Below, piece by piece: positions 24,280 to 34,347 of a stretch of 64,000 bases of DNA (the first letter of the stretch is position 1; each line of letters opens with the position of its first letter). Where the stretch lies: the NCBI GenBank assembly GCA_014905635.1, contig JABVCE010000008.1, forward strand, positions 310,001-374,000. Direction: 5' to 3'. Origin of the DNA: Scenedesmus sp. PABB004. Its lineage: Eukaryota. The notes below the pieces were generated by a model. It had not been told where the DNA came from. It made no database searches and saw only the letters and a list, made by a program, of their open reading frames with translations. The position numbers and the translations under genes were made by a program.

Positions 24280-24389
24280 TACGCCCCCTCCCCCTAGAGA
24301 TAGCAGGCAGTGCATCCTGGACCCACACCGCTGGCAACTTGCCTTGGAAGGCAAAAAACAGGTCGCGCGGCGCGGCGGCAGCGAGGCGC

Positions 24390-27300
24390 TCACGCCGCGA
24401 TGGTGAGGTTGGGCGACACGCACGGCACCTTCGTGCCGGCCTTGATGGTGGCCGCGTCGGCGCCGTTGCACACGGGCGCGCCCGGGAAGATGGTGTTCTG
24501 GCCGAGCGTGAGCACGCTGTTGTTCTGGACCAGGGCCAGCGCCGCGTTGAGGTTGGCGAGCACCGAGTCGGGCGCGATGGCGGTGCTGGTCTTGGTGCCC
24601 GTCGTCAGCGCGTTGGCGTCGGCCGTGGCCGCGACGGTGTCGTTGACCTCCGCCCAGCGCGTCGGCGGCAGCGTGCGCAGCGCGCCCGCCGCCGACGCGG
24701 GCTGCACGGCCTGCAGCGAGGTGTTGAAGTTGGACAGCAGGCCCTTGGTCGCCGCGGACAGGCCGTTCTCGTACTGCAGTACGGCATCGCCGTCGACTCG
24801 GCTTGGCGAGTAAATGCCCTGCGCAAACAGCGCGGCGACGGCGACGCCGACCACAAACAGCGTGCTGACCCAGCTCGCAAACTGCTTGGCGAAGAGCCGC
24901 CAGTTGACGCCGCCCTTGTCCTTGCCAAAGCTGATGCCCTCGCACATCCCGACGCCCACGATGCCGCCGGTGATGCACTGGCTGCTCGACGTCGGCAGGC
25001 CGAGCCTGCGCCGCGGCGCGCGCGGTGCCGAGCGGGCGCGACGCGGCGGGCCGCGTCGGCGCGCGCTGCTGCTGCGACGGCGCGGCGTCTGGGCAGCGCG
25101 CGGCGCGGCGGCGGGGCTCACTGCGACGCGACGAGGATGACGAGCGCGGTGGCCAGCTCCGCCGCGAAGCCACGGCTCGGGCTGAGCTTGGCCATGGCCA
25201 CGCCCATCGTGCGGGTCACGTTGTAGCCTGCGCCCGGCCGCCGACGTCACCAGGTCAGCAGGCGGCGCCGCAGGCATGGCGCGCAGGGTTTTGCGTGCGC
25301 GGGCCGGCGGGGGCTCACCGTACGTGGCCAAACCGACGACCAGCGAAAAGGCGCCGATGAGGACGCACCACACCGGCGGCGACAGGCTCTTGCTCAGCGT
25401 GGCGTGCTGCGGGCGGGCGCGGCGCGCGTCAGCGAGAAGGCGGCGCCGCGCCCCCGCGTCGCCCGGCCGCCGCCGGCGCAGCCGCGCCGCGCCGCGCGGC
25501 GCTGCCGCCTGTGCGCACCATGTAGATGTCGTAGATCGCCGACAGCGGCCCGGCCATGAAGCCGACCTGCGCGCGTATGGGGGAAAATGGGGCGCTCAGA
25601 CGGGCGCCCGGCGGGCGCACGCGAGCGCTGGCCGCCTGGGTCTGCACGCCGGCCTGGGCGTGCGCGCGCTGTGTGCGCTGTGCGCGCCGCACGCGCTGCG
25701 CGCGCACCTCGCCGGCGCCGTGCGCGAAGACCACGCAGATGGCGGAGAAGACCTGGAGGTACCCAAACGTGTGCTCCGCGCGCTCGTCAAACTTCTCAGC
25801 CCGCGCATGCATGGCGGCGATGAACTCGTCGTCCTGCACCGCCTGCAGGGTGGCGGCGCGCGGGCGCGCCGCGTCAGCCGCCGCGCGCCGAGCGCGCACG
25901 GGCGTTCGGTCAGAGCGGCGCGGCGCGGCGCGGCGCACGTCGTGGATGTCGACCGTCGTGCCGTGGAGGGCCGCCTTGGTCACGGTGTTGGCGGCGCTGC
26001 TGATGCTGCGGCAGACCTTGTTGTTGCCGCAGTTCACGCCGGCCGTCCCGTCCACGTCCTTGCCGAGGGCCTTGGCCGCCGCCGCGTCGACCATCTCCTC
26101 CACGGTGGGCGCCGCGGCCCTGGGCAAGGACGCGGGCGGGGCGGTGCGCGCGTGAGGCAGGCGACGCGCTGGCGAGGCGACGCGCGGCGGCGCGCCGGCG
26201 TCGGCGCGCGGCGGCACTCACTCCTTGGCGGCGCGCGCCTCGGCGGCCGCGTGGTAGCGGCTCTGGTGGCGGCGCAGCAGCGGCAGGATGACAACAGCGG
26301 TGAGGATGGCGGCGCCGAGCCCGATGAGCGCCGACACCCACGCCGCCTTGCTCGCGGGCCACCTGCGCGACGGCGCCGGCGCCGGCGCCGGCGTCGGCGG
26401 CGCACGCGCCGCACACGCACGCCCGCGGCGCGCCGCGCGCCGCGGCGGCGGCTGCGGCGCGTGCGCACGTGTTGCCGAGCGTCTTGGCGGCGCCCTTTGT
26501 GAACACGAAGAAGACGTTGATGAAGGTGGTGATCATCACGGCCGGCGGGAGCACCCAGAACGCAAACGACGCGGCGCGCGCGCGGCGCAGCACGACGAAG
26601 CGCACGGTCGTGAAGATGAGCGCCGCGGCGGCGCCGGTGAGGATGGGCGAGAAGAACCAGGACATGATGATGGGCACGACGCCCTTGTAGGGCGGGAACT
26701 GCGTGGGGTCGGGGGTCGCCCACTGCACCGCGCCGCCGCCGCCAAAGACGAGCGCGAAGCCGATGATGCCGCCGACTGCGGGGGGTGTGTGCGGCGGGCG
26801 CGGCGGCGGCGCGCGTGCGGGCGTCGGCGGCGGCGGCGGCGTGCGTGCGGGCGTCGGCGGCGGCGGCGCGGCGGGGCACGCACTGATCGAGTGCGTGGCA
26901 GAGACGTTGAGGCCGGCGTAGCTGGCCCAGCCCTGCCACACAAAGCCCACAAACAGCGCGATGACCTGCGCGCGCGCGCGCGCGCGGGCGGGCGGCCCGC
27001 TGGGCGGCGAGCGCGGCGCGGTCAGCCGGGGCCGCGGGCCGGCCGCGCGCGGGCCGCAGGCTGGCGCGGGCATGGGCGTGGGGGTGCTGGGGCGCGGGGG
27101 CCCGCGCGCGCGAGGGGGCCCACACCATGCCATAGGCATAGATCTCGGGCTGCCGCGCAAAGACCGCGGGGTCGGCGATGCCGCCGGCGATGGTGTTGGT
27201 CACGACGCGGCCGAGGAGCATGGCGCCGCCAAACTCAAAGACGGCGGCGATCTGCGCGCACGCATGGGGGCGGCGCGTGCGTGCGTGTGCGTGCAAGCGT

Positions 27301-27729
27301 GCGTGCGCGTGCGTGTGCGGGCGCAAGTGGTCAACACACCAGCACGGCCTGGCGCAGCGTGAGCGTCTTGGCGCCGACCTGCGCGGCGCAGCGCGGGCGA
27401 GGGGCGGTCAGGTTCGCGCAGCGCAGCGCAAGGGCGGGCGTCCAGGCGCATCGAGGCCTGCCGGGACGCCGGCGGCTGCTGCGCGCGCCGCCCCGCCCGC
27501 CGCCGGCCGCCGCCGCCGCCGGCCGCCGCCGCCGCGCTCACGCTCGTCCCGAAGGCGTTGGCCACGTCGTTGGCGCCGGTGCCCCAGCCAAACTGCGGTC
27601 GGCGCGCGCGCGGTCAGGCGGCCGTCCCGAAAAAATGGCAAGTGATCGGACTAGCCCGCCGCGCACCCCGAACGCCGCGAAGGCGCCGACGATGACCAGC
27701 CAGAGGTACGCGGGCATGGCGGGCTCCAT
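24390..27729 (-). CDS. PiT/PHO4-family Na+/phosphate symporter (algal PTB type); 13 exons
   Basis: FGWGTGANDVANAFGTSVG, AAVFEFGGAMLLG, VSATHSI|IGGIIGF, FAHGAGEVG, SRGFAAELATALV, GLPTSSSQCITGGIVGVG. Confidence 0.95.
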
Positions 27730-27917
27730 GGCCGGCCTGCGCGCGGAGCGTGCACAAAGGGGAGGCGCCTGACGCCGACCGCGGCGTCGATCGAGCTGCG
27801 CGTGATGGCGAGGGCCGCTGCGGGAGCGTGGGCCACACTGTCGGGGCGCGCTCGAGCAGGCGGCGGCTGTCGGCCGCCCGTGATCAGGCTCCGAGACGAT
27901 GAACAGCAAGGTGCCCC

Positions 27918-27925
27918 GCATATGC
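27918..27925. promoter_or_regulatory. P1BS-like element (GNATATNC; GCATATGC) about 190 bp upstream of the PTB start
   Basis: Exact match to the PHR1-type phosphate-starvation motif, upstream of a phosphate transporter, in DNA where ATAT is rare. Confidence 0.6.
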
Positions 27926-28149
27926 TCTCCCGTGACGTTCTTCGCACGCTGGCTCCCGGAACGCGGTCCCAACGCCGCCGCCCCCCCCCCCCCCCCCCCG
28001 CGCCGCGCCGAGCCGCGCCGGCCCGGCCAACGCGCGTGGCAGGCCCTGCCTTGACCCCACGCGCCGGGCGCGCCCGATCGGCCGGCGCTCCGCGGCGGGG
28101 CGCCGCGCCCCCGATCTCATCGCGCCCCCGCCCGCGCCAGCGCGCGCAC

Positions 28150-28206
28150 CTGGGCGGCGACGGCGCCGAGGGCCAGGAAGGCCACGACGAACAGAGCCTT
28201 GTTCAT
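28150..28206 (-). other. Isolated first exon encoding a signal peptide (MNKALFVVAFLALGAVAAQ) ending at a CAG|GTGCGC donor
   Basis: gccaccATG context, strongly biased codons, canonical donor; no separate gene body before the PTB gene. Confidence 0.65.
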
Positions 28207-28450
28207 GGTGGCGGGTGGGAAGGCGTGACGCGAGGTGCGTGCACGGGTTGGGGGAGGGCGGCGGCCGCGAGGCTGCTGCGGGCGATGCGTGGGAGCGTGG
28301 ACGGAAGGGCGGCGGCCGCACTTGTAGGCGCGGGCTGTCTGCCCCGCCCTTTGGGGCCCGGGTCGGGTCAGGGGACCCCACCCCGACACATCGCGCAGGC
28401 CCCAAGGCGCCCATGCAAAATCCCGCTCGCAGTGCACAGGCCCCGCCGCC

Positions 28451-28858
28451 CCAAAACTCGCGCTCCCGCGGCGCCGCCGGGCCAAAACCCGGCCCCGCCG
28501 GGCCAAAACCCGGCCCCGCCGGGCCAAAACTCGCGCTCCCGCGGCGCCGCCCGGCCAAAACCCGGCCCCGCCGGGCCAAAACCCGGCCCCGCCGGGCCAA
28601 AACTCGCGCTCCCGCGGCGCCGCCCGGCCAAAACCCGGCCCCGCCCCGCCAAAATTCGCGCTCCCGCGGCGCCGCCGGGCCAAAACCCGGCCCCGCCGGG
28701 CCAAAACCCGGCCCCGCCCCGCCAAAATTCGCGCTCCCGCGGCGCCGCCGGGCCAAAACCCGGCCCCGCCGGGCCAAAACCCGGCCCCGCCCCGCCAAAA
28801 TTCGCGCTCCCGCGGCGCCGCCCGGCCAAACCCCGGCCCCGCCGGGCCAAAACTCGCG
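28451..28858. repeat. Higher-order tandem array of 31-bp (B: ccaaaactcgcgctcccgcggcgccgccggg) and 21-bp (A: ccaaaacccggccccgccggg) units
   Basis: Order read as BAA BAA BA BAA BAA BA B(partial), with minor variants. Confidence 0.95.
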
Positions 28859-28950
28859 ATCCTCCGAAACCTCAACGCGCGCCGCGCAGGCGCGCGGAGC
28901 CGCGGCGGGGCCGCGGCGGCACCGGCCGCGGGTGACGCTGCTGCTGTTGA

Positions 28951-29102
28951 CTGGCGGACTGGCGTGACCTGTTTGGGGCGCTTGGCCGCATGCTGCTGGC
29001 GCTCTCGGACGCGGCGCGGCTCGTCTGCGCGGAGGAGGGCTGATGATCCGGGGGCGGGCGCGCGGGTCGGGCGGCGCGCCGCCCGAGGTAACCTCTCAGC
29101 GA
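28951..29102 (+). repeat. Direct repeat copy 2: degenerate fragment of the FAAP100-like 3' end
   Basis: Near-identical to 23825-23968, with a few substitutions and small indels. Confidence 0.95.
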
Positions 29103-29548
29103 CCGCCGGGCGCTGGCCCCACACAGTGGCGGCGGCAGCAGCAGCTGTGGCGGTGGGTTGACCGCAGAACGCGCGCGCGCCGCGCCGGCGCCGGCACCGC
29201 CGGCCGCGCGCCGGGGCCACGCCGGCGGCGGCGCCGCCCGCGGCGCGCCGGGGCTGCGGCGCTGCGGCGCTGCGGCGCTGCGGCGCTGCGGCGCAGGCCT
29301 TTTGCAGCGCGTTAGAGCCCCGCGATGCGCCCGGCCGGCACGCCGCGGATCTCGCGCGCGCGGAGCAGCACAACCGCCGCCGCTGTCGTCGATGCCTGGC
29401 CCGAGGGCGCGCCGTGGCCCCACCGGTGGGCGCGCTGGTCGCGATGGCTTTGTGAGGACTTGCGTTAGCTGTGTGCGGCGCAGCGGTGCGCGTAGAGCTG
29501 CCAGCTGCTGGCGCGACCTGACACCAAGCATCCGCATGCAACACCGCG

Positions 29549-29553
29549 TTACA
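29549..29553 (-). terminator. TGTAA poly(A) signal of RPL7
   Basis: ttaca on the plus strand, about 65 bp past the RPL7 stop. Confidence 0.65.
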
Positions 29554-29617
29554 CCGCGTCGGACGCCCCGCCCGGCGCCCAGCCGCGCGAGGTTGGCCGC
29601 GCACGCGGTTTTGACGC

Positions 29618-30569
29618 TCAGTTCATCCGGCGGATGAGGTTGTTGATCTTCTGCTCGCGGTTGCCGGCCTGACCGCCCTCGACGAAGTGGAGGCGCTTCT
29701 TGTCGAGACCGCCGCGCGCGCTGCTGAGCTTGAAGGGCCACAGGAAGTTGGACGCCTCCTTGAACGCGGGGCCCACGGTGAAGATCTCGTGGATGAGGTC
29801 CTCCACGCACAGGATGTTCTTGGCGCCCAGCACCTGCGCGCGACGGCGCGGCGCGCCGCGCAGCACGGTCAGGCGCCCGCGCCGCGCCGCGCCGCGCCGC
29901 CGGCCGCCGCGTCGCGCCGCGCGCCTGCTCGACGATCTTGTTGTCGGTCAGCGGGATGCGGTTGCCCTGCACCTTGCCAAAGCCGCGCTTGTAGATGAGC
30001 TCGCGCACGGTCTTGAGGTTGGGGTAGCCCCACGCGATGTACGGCTCCACGCGCTTCAGCAGGCCCAGCGTGGCCTTGGTGATCTGTGCGCGGACGACGC
30101 GCACGCAGCGGCGGACGGCGCGCGTGAGCGCGGCGCGGCGCGCGCGCGGGCGCGAACGGACGGCGGGCACACCGGCGGCGCGGCCGGCGCGTCGCTGGCT
30201 GCTGGCTGCTGGCGGCGGCGCGCGCTGCTGCCGTGCTGGCGGAGCTGCCGCCGCCCGCCGCCTGGCTGCAGCCCGCCGCAGCCCGCCGCACTGCCGTCTG
30301 CGCTGCCGCCAGCGCTGCTCGTGCTGTGCGCGCTCGTGCGCTGCGAGACCGCCGCGCGAGCGCCGCGCACCCGCACAAAGACGCCGTTGTTGATCTGGCG
30401 CAGGCGCAGCAGCTGCAGGATCTTCTTGGTCTGCGGGCGCGCGGCGGCGGCGGCGGCGGCGAGATGCGTCGGCGCCGCGCGCTGCGCGCCCCGGGGCACG
30501 CCCTGCGCGGGACGCGGGACGCGGGCCCGCCGCCGCCCCGCCTGCCGCGGCGGCGCTCGTCGCGGTGCC

Positions 30570-30632
<63 letters not shown>

Positions 30633-31551
30633 GGCTGCTGCTGTGGCTGCTGCTGTGGCTGCTGCTGTGGCTGCTGCTGCGTGTGGCTGCTCAGGCCGCT
30701 GCCGTCGCCGCGCCCGCCGCCGCGCCGCTGCCGGCCGCTGCTGCTGCTGCCGCCTTCGCTGCTGCTGCCGCTGCGGCCGTCGCCACGGGCGCTGCCCGCC
30801 CGCCCGCCCGCGCCGCCCTTTTCCGCGCCGCTGCACGGTGCGGCCCCGCGCGCGCGCTGTGCTCTCTGGGCCGCTGCTCGCCGCCGCGCGCGCGCGCGCC
30901 GCCGCTGCGCGCCTTGGGGTGGATCTTGTTCAGGCCGCGGATGCGGACCACGAAGGCCAGCTTGGCCTCCGGCTCCACATAGAAGCCGCCCTTGACCTTG
31001 GCCTCGCGCCGGAGGCGGATGGTGTCCTTCTCCTGCGGGGGCAGCAGCAGACGGCCGCCTCGGCATCGCCCCGCCGCGCCCGCCGGCGCCCGGCGCCTGG
31101 CCGCGCGGGCGCGCGGTCCCGGTCGCCGGTCGGGCCCGCGGACCCGCCGCGCTGCCGGGCGCGGGCCGGCGGGCGCCAGGCGCGCCCCGGCGGGGTGGCT
31201 GCTGCCATGTCGGGCCCGCCCTGGGCCGCTGGCGACTCCCCGCGGGCCGGAACGCCGCCCGGACGCGGGGACCGGCCCCGGCAGGCCGCCTCGGGGGCGT
31301 GCCCGCGCGGGGGCGCCCCGGGGCGCCCGGGGGGCGGCCCATCGCGCGGCGGGCTGCTGCCCCGCCGATCCCGGCCGCCGGCGCACCTGCTGCCTGTACT
31401 CCTTCACATACTGCTCCGCGCGCTTGAAAATCTCGCGCCGCGACTCGCGGGCGGCCTTGCGCTGCTCGAGCGCCGCGGCCTGGCGCTTGGCCGCCCAGGC
31501 CTCGTCGCGGGCCCGCTTCTTCAGCAGCAGCTCTGGCACCGGGGCGCTCAT
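29618..31551 (-). CDS. RPL7: 60S ribosomal protein L7 (uL30); 5 exons
   Basis: [113 protein letters not shown]. Confidence 0.97.
30571..30680 (-). repeat. (CAG)n / (CAGCAGCAGCCA)n microsatellite in an RPL7 intron
   Basis: gctgctgct run visible on the plus strand. Confidence 0.95.
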
Positions 31552-33070
31552 GGTGGCGACCTTGCCAGGAAAAGGGCCGGCGCGAGCGCGCGGGCGCGGG
31601 CAAGGCGGGCGCGCTGTGGCCGCGGTTCAAGGCATCGGCCGCCGCCGACGGGACCGTGCGCTCTGCTCCCGCAGCAGCGTCGACGCTGCGTTGCCGTGGC
31701 CGAAGCTGCGGCCGCCGACGCCGGCAGCGGCGGCGGCGGCCGACCGCGGCGCGTGCGCGGCGGCGGCCCACTGCGCGCGGCAGCTGCCTCCCCCGTCGGG
31801 CGCCGCTGCGTGGGTGGCGGCGGGCCAGGTCCTCCCCCAGCCTCCAGCGTCAGCGGCGAGCCTGGCGGCGCCCCCCGGCGCCTGCCCGCGTGGCGGCGTG
31901 CCCGCTGCTGCGCGAGTGCGCACGCGCGAGTGTCGCGCGTGACGAGGGTGTGGGCGGAGAGGGGGCCGCGGAGGGCGGCGCGGCGACTTGTGCAGAGCGG
32001 CGCGGCGGCGCTGTGCTGCCGCCTGCGCGCGCGCGGGCCGCGCTGCGGCGCGCCTCGCCAGCGCACGCACGGCGCCTGCGCATGGCGGGCTCCTTGGCCT
32101 GCCACTGCTCCATGGCCGGGCTCCATGGCCGGCATCGGCCGGTGCGGGCGACGCCTGCCGCGCGGCCCCGAGTCACCGGCGGCCTCGAGAGACCCGTGGG
32201 TGGGTCACGAATCACGGCCTCATCAGGGCACGCCGGCCTCACGGACAGTGGCGGCGCCAGCAGCTGCGGCGCTCCGCGCGGTGCTGGCCAGCGCCCCGCG
32301 CCCCCGCGCGCGCGCCCCGCCCGGTCGTTGACGTCTAGAGCGCAGCCGCGGCGGCGCCGAGCCGCCCTGGCGCCCCTGTCTGCACCAGGGGCGGCCTCCG
32401 CGCGGTCTCATCGCGAGCCGGCGCGAGGCGGGGCAGCGGAGCGCCGCCGACGCCGACAGCGGCGCCGCCGCGGGCAGCCTGGCCCCGGTCTGCGTCCAGG
32501 TAAAGCCCGATCGGCACGCAGCGCACCTGGGCCGGGCCAGGGCGCGGCGCGGGGCCCTGGCGGGCGCTGGCGGGCGCGCGCCATCCCGCGGCCCCGCCCC
32601 GCGCCGGCGCCGCGTGGTCGAGGCCTGGCGCTGGTCCCCGGCACCGCGCTCGCTCGTGACGAGCCGCCGAGCTCAGCCGCAAGGGGAGCGGCGCGCGCGG
32701 TGGTGCAGAGCAGTCGCGTGCGGGAATGGCGGGCGCCGTGCGCGAGCAGGGGGCCCCGCACGGTCACGGCGGCTCGCAGGGCCGTTCACACTCCGTCTCC
32801 CGCTCGCTCTGGGCGCGGCGCCTGGGCTCCGCGGGCACCAAGACGCCGGGCGCAGGGTTGCTACTGTCGCCCGAGCTGCCCCGGCGCCCCCGCCCCCAGC
32901 GCTCCCCCCCGCCGCTCGCCCCGCCGGCTCGCGCCACTCACCGCCCGTCGCAGCGGCGCACCCAGGCGGCGCAGGCGCGCGGCGCTGCCGGACGAGGCCG
33001 CATCCCGACCCCCTGCTGCTGTCGGGCAGCCCGGCCACCCCGGCATGGCGGCGCCGCCGCGGCGGCCCCG

Positions 33071-34310
33071 ATGAGCGCTGGCACCCCCGGGCCGCCGGAG
33101 GCGGCGGCCCCAGGCCTGCCGGAGGCGCCGGTGTTCCGGCCCAGCGCCGAGGAGTTTGCAGACCCGCTGCGCTACCTGGCGGCCATCCGCGCCGCGGCGG
33201 AGCCGTATGGCCTCGCCAAGATCGTCCCGCCGCCGGGCTGGAGCCCGCCGCTGGCCGTGGACCGGGGCGCCTTCCGCTTCGCGAGCCGCGTGCAGGCGGT
33301 GCACGAGCTCCAGGAGCGCGTCGCCCTGCCCGCGCGCACCGCGTTCCTGGCCGACCTCGCCGACTGCCTCGCCGCCGAGGGCCGGCCCTTTCGCAAGGCG
33401 CCCATGCTCGGCAGCCGCGAGGTGGACCTGTGGAAGCTCTGGAAGGTGGTGAGCCGCCGCGGCGGCTGCGCGGCCGTGACCGAGGACCGGCGCTGGAAGG
33501 ACGTCGTGCGCATCCTGCAGGCGCGGCGGCGCGCGCGCACGGGCACAGCTCCGGCGAGGGGCGGGGCGGCCCCTTGTGCTCGCACGCGGGGCGCGCCGCG
33601 GCGGCAGCGCGTGCCCGCGCCGCGCGGGGCCCGCGCACGCGCGCGCGCGCGCGCGCGCGCTCCGCCGGCACCCCCTGAGCTGGCCGCCCCGCGCGCGCGC
33701 CCGCCCTCCGCAGCTGCCAAACAGCCTCAACGCGCCGCACGCGCTGCGCCAGCTGTACCAGAAGCACCTGCTGCCGTACGAGGACCAAGCGGCGGAGCGC
33801 GCGCACCGCGACGGCGGCGCGCCGCCGAGCGCCAGCCTGCGGCCGGCGCGCGCATCGCCGGCGGCGCCAGAGCCCGGCGCGGAGGCCGCGACGCAGGAGG
33901 GCGCGGCGGGGGCGGCGACGCGGCCGAGGCCGACGGCGACGGCGGCGCGGACGAGGCGGACGACGACGAGCCGCCCGCGCCGTCGCCGGCGCCGCGGCCG
34001 CGCGCGCGGCCGCCCAAGGCCAAGCCCAAGCGCGCGCGCAGCGCCGAGGACGACGGCAGCGACGAGCAGGGCGCCGCGCCACGGCCGCGCAAGCGCGCCA
34101 AGAAGAAGAAGCCCAAGGCACGGCGCGCAGGGCGCGGCGGCGGCGCAGCGGCGAAGGGGGCGCCAGCCGCGGGGCGGGCGAGCCCACCGCGCGCGCCGCG
34201 TCGCACCGCGCCCACTGCGCGCCGCGCCCGCGCCGCCGCAGGCGGAGCGCGGCAGCGCGGAGCCTGGCGAGCGCGCCCGCGGCAAGAAGCCGGCGCCGGC
34301 GCCGGCCGGC

Positions 34311-34347
<37 letters not shown>

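Noticed and set aside
28451..28858. Repeat array as CRISPR or telomere
   Set aside because: No unique spacers and no cas genes in a eukaryotic context; units lack TTTAGGG/TTTTAGGG.
32180..32230. CTGATGA motifs (minus strand near 32220; plus strand near 29040) as hammerhead ribozyme or C/D snoRNA
   Set aside because: No GAAA after a stem II and no convincing D box or terminal stem.
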